DNA from: Prorocentrum cordatum
Taxonomy: Eukaryota
NCBI GenBank assembly: GCA_963575745.1
Contig: CAUYUJ010000022.1
Coordinates: forward strand, 1 to 64,000
Length of the DNA stretch: 64,000 nt
Reading direction: 5' to 3'
The notes under the pieces were generated by a model. That model did no database searches, was not told the origin of the DNA, and saw nothing but the letters and a program-made list of their open reading frames with translations. A program made the position numbers and the translations under genes. Below, piece by piece: positions 59,951 through 64,000 of the stretch. Position 1 is the stretch's first letter, and the number at the start of each line of letters is the position of its first letter.

Positions 59951-62214
59951 CGGTATGGGGTAAGTGCAGATTCGCGCCTCGGGGGCCCAAACTGGAGTTT
60001 TACCCCAGACCGCAGTTCTCCCGGACAGTTCGGGCGTCTGGCTTTCCCGAATTATCATGTCTGGGGGCGGTCAGGGGGAACTACAGATTCGCGCCTCGGG
60101 GGCCAAATCTGGAGTTTTCACCCGGACCGCAGTTATCCCGGACAGTTCGGGCGCCCAGCAGAGCTCAGTCTCGACGGGAGGTTTTTCTGATTTTCCGCCT
60201 CCGGGGTCCCTCGCCGGGCCCCTGGACAGTGAGAAAACGCTTCGGGATGAGAACTTGGTCCCCTGGCAGGGGATCCAGACGTCCAGGGCGCACTTTGTGA
60301 GAGCATGACGTCGGAGGTCTGGGACCGTGGTTCGGGCGCCTGGGCCCGTGCCTCCCATTGGGCATCCCAGATGGGGTCCGAGTAGACGGGGTCGACGGAT
60401 CGCTCCGCAGCGCCGCTGCATCGGCGGTGCGGCTCGATGTGGATCCCGTTTTGCTTCTCGTCCACGTCGCCGATGCATCGCCGGCATCGACGTTGCATCG
60501 CCGATGCGTCACCGATGTATCGCCAATGCAGCGGCGATGCCGCGCGATCCTCCGACCCCATGGCTACTCCGATCCCATCCAGGCATCTAGGAGGCCTCTA
60601 ATTGGGGAAGCCTAGAGGTACCAATACCGCTACTCCCCGGACCTCTCCCGGGGTGCGTTCTGACCAGAATCTCGAGGCGAATCCAGGCGGTGGCGACGAG
60701 GGCCTCCCAGGAGGCCCGAAAACGGGAAAACGAGGCAAGGGTAGCGGCATGGGCATCTCCTTCCTCCTCTGCGCCTGGATCTGAAGGTCTCAGGACGAGG
60801 CGTGTCTTCCCGCGGCAGAATGCCCCCACGCGGCAGCAGACCCTCGCGGGGGTGGCGCGAGATCCTCGAGGGGGCCCTCGGCGAGACCTGCGGCGGCAGA
60901 GCCCCGTACGGCAGGACCTTGCACTGGGATCCGGCGGCTCGACGAGCCGTTCCCCTCCTCCTCCTCCTCCCTTCTCCTCCCCCTCCTCCTCCTCCCCCTT
61001 GCGTTCACCAACGATTCAGAACGGCTGGGCGAACGCGGGCCACAGTGGCTCGGTTTCCCTTATCTGGCCCCAGAGCACGACGGAGCCATGGCCGGTGGCG
61101 ACTGGTCGTGGATGTCCAAAAAACAACGGGGTGCGCCGAGGCTCGGGAGGCGACTCCCAGAGGTGGAAGTGTGCCCATCCAGACTGTGGCTGCGCCAAGA
61201 ACCTCAGCTGGTTCACTTGGTGCAAGCACTGCCCCTCCTCCTCTTCCTCCCCCTCCCCCTCCTGCTCCCCCTCCCCCTCCTCCTCCTCCTCCTCCTCCTC
61301 CTCCTCCTTCTCCTCCTCCTCCTCCTCCTCCTCCTCCTCCCTCATCCTTCCTCCTCCTCCTGCTCCGCCTCCTAATCCTTCTCCTCCTCCTCCTTCTTCT
61401 CCTCCGTTCGTCCTCCGTGAGGTGGGCTTTGCGTCCTTGGCTGTGACGTGCTGGCGGGGCCAGTCGCAGTGTATCGGGGAAACGTAAGACTCGCGTAAGC
61501 GGAGCGCGTCCTGGAGTTCGACGGTCCAGTTTCCATGGGATGTTTGCAGCGGGAGCTCGCGTTAAATGTCATACTGGGTCTCGTCATTTCTGTGATGGCC
61601 CCGCCAGGCCAGCCCGAGTTCCCCGTACCCGAGTCTTCCGTATCCCCGAGCGTGGACGTTGCCAGCACGCCTTCTCGCCCCACCCTCGCTGCTGCGTCGC
61701 CTGTCGCTTGCTCTGTCCGGCCGGGCCCCGTGGCTGGCTTCGGCGCCTTTTTGGGATGCCTTCCAGCTTGCCCTCGTCTTCGCCCCTATCCGCCGTCCCT
61801 GGCACACTGGCATCGGCGCTCGCACTTCGGCACGACTTGGTCTCGTTTGTTTCGCGCGAGAGTTGTCCTGCGCCAGCTCGTTCGCCTGCCCATGTTCCTG
61901 CTTCCCTTTCCCTGGCATTCGGGTTCAGGCTGGCACGCGCTCCCACACAAGGTGGTCGGTCTTACTCGTTTGAAGTGCTACACACCTCCGGGAGCTGGCG
62001 ATTGCTACCCGCTGTGGTGTTGGGGGGAACACGTGTGCTCGTCATTTTGTAGTTTGTGGAGTCGGAGAACGCACGCAGACATCAAAAATAGGAACGTCAC
62101 TGCGCGCCAGGCTGCGGATGTGCGTGTGCACGCGCGCCCATGCGTGTGTGTGGGCTGGAGCTTCTATCAGTGACAAGGGTGGCGTCGCTCTATCTGCAAG
62201 AAGCGTTTGCGCGC

Positions 62215-62775
62215 GTGTGTGTGTGTGTGTGTATGTGTGTGCGTATCCGTGTGGGTGTCTGTGTGCGTGTATGTTTGTGTGTGCGTGCGTGCGTGTGTGT
62301 ATTTGTCTGTCTGTCTGTGTGTCTGTTTCAGTCTGCGTCGCTGTGCGTGTCTGTGTCTGGGTGTCTGTGTGTCTGAGCAGATCCCTGGTCCCGACGCCGC
62401 GTGAGCTGGCCCAGCCGCGCGCTCGCTCCTGCTCGACTCTCGACGCCGCGCCGCCGCTGTCTGTGCGTGTCCGTGCATGTCTGTTTCTGTGTCTCTGTGC
62501 CCGTGTCTGTGCCCGTGTGCGTCTGTGTGTGAGTATGTCCGTGAATCTGTGTATCCGTGTGGCTGCGTGTGTTTGTGCCTGCAAGCCCGCTCCCTGGACG
62601 TCTCCTTGGAGCCGCGAACCAAACAAGTGTTTGTGTCTGCGCGTGTCTGCGTATCTGCGTGAGCGTCTGTCTGTGGCCATGTGCGTGTGCGTGTATCTGT
62701 CTGTCTGTGTGTATATCTGTCTGCCTGCCTGCCTGTCTGTCTGTCTATATGTATACCCGTCTGTGTGTGTCCATG
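62215..62775 (+). repeat. (GT)/(GTCT)-rich simple repeat
   Basis: Direct inspection. Confidence 0.9.
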
Positions 62776-63249
62776 TGCGCGCGAGCTCAATCTTGACCCG
62801 CCTAGCAAGCGTTTCCTTCCACCCGGTGAGCGCTTCAATCGCGGTTGCGCGTCTGCATTTTTGGTGTACACAGCACTTGCCCCTCCCGTTCCCAGGCCTC
62901 CGACGTTGCTTTTGTTCATGGCCTTGGCCCCGAGAGTTCTCATCCGTGGCGAGCGATGGGGGGAAGTGAGAAGGAGAAGGCATTCTCAGAAGGTTGCGGG
63001 AGTTTTCAGAAGCCCTCGCGCCTTCCGAGAGGTTTCCTGTGGCTTCGGGGAAGGCTTAGGACACCTTTCAGAAGGCGGGAGGACTTCCGAGCCTTCTAAG
63101 AAGGCCTCAATGGGCTCCAAGCGCCCCCCGGAAGCCCAGGGTGCGATACGCAGAAGAGCGCGCCGTCTTGTTGTTCCACGGTTGTAGGAGGCCTGGTTGT
63201 CTCCCACGAGTAGAAGATCCACCCGCGGACTCACGGGGGGCACACCCGC

Positions 63250-63812
63250 ATATATACATATATACATATGTGTACGCATATGTATATAATATGCGTGTGT
63301 ATACATCTAAAGACATACAGACGGACAGACAGACAGAAAGACAGACAGATAGACATACAGACATACACACATGAATCCATACATACATATATACATACAC
63401 ACATACATACATACATACATACATACATACATACATACATACATACATACATACATACATACATACACACATGTATCCATACATACATACACACACATAC
63501 ATACATACATACATAAATACAAACAAACATACATACATACATACATGCATGCATGCATACACACATACATACATACATACATACATACATACATACATAC
63601 ATGCATACATACATACATACATATATGCAGACATACACACATACATACACACATACATACATACATACATACAGACAGACAGACAGACAGACAGGCAGAC
63701 AGACATACATACATTCATACGCACATACAAACATACATGCATATGCTCATCCATCCATACATACATACATACACACATACATATGTATACAAACATATGG
63801 ATATACATACAT
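63250..63812 (+). repeat. (ACAT)n / (ACAG)n microsatellite
   Basis: Direct inspection. Confidence 0.95.
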
Positions 63813-64000
63813 ACCACCACTCCGAAAACAAAACATGATGAACGTGGGCATGCGGACTGGGGATATTATTTGGGTCGCCGCGAGGTCGCATGAAGGCCAT
63901 CGAGTCAGATCCGTGCCCTGTTCAGCTCTGAGATCTCATTGGAACCATCTTGGAATCGTCTTGAGGCCATGGTGGGAGCTTGGGGGGCACATGGGGCTAT

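Noticed and set aside
62042..63900. Cys/Val-rich and His/Thr/Tyr-rich ORFs
   Set aside because: Translations of GT and ACAT simple repeats.

Overview
Eukaryotic, GC-rich, repeat-saturated DNA, most likely from a dinoflagellate. This is inferred from a near-canonical DinoSL spliced-leader relic, abundant (GGA)n/(GAC)n microsatellites and dinoflagellate-type LINE motifs. The window holds three large non-LTR retrotransposons. (1) 9873-15400 (+) is a near-intact APE-RT-zinc finger element with a 13-bp TSD; it has no upstream ORF1 but carries a 283-aa second ORF downstream, nested inside the RT reading frame. (2) About 18000-30035 (-) is a decayed element ordered ORF1, RNase H, APE, RT, zinc finger, cytosine methyltransferase-like domain, followed by an SL-relic-headed passenger gene with WW- and SH3-like domains. 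(3) 35713-41808 (-) is a decayed ORF1, APE, RT, RNase H element with a 16-bp TSD, inserted into a 90-bp satellite. Elements 1 and 3 share a (CCT)n-CC[A/T]ACT insertion site. Between them lie at least seven families of 150-210-bp short elements, mostly palindromic, with variable TSDs and several nested insertions, plus satellites and a few probable exons of a minus-strand host gene. Most ORFs in the supplied track are low-complexity artefacts. All domain calls come from reading motifs by eye; no database searches were run.
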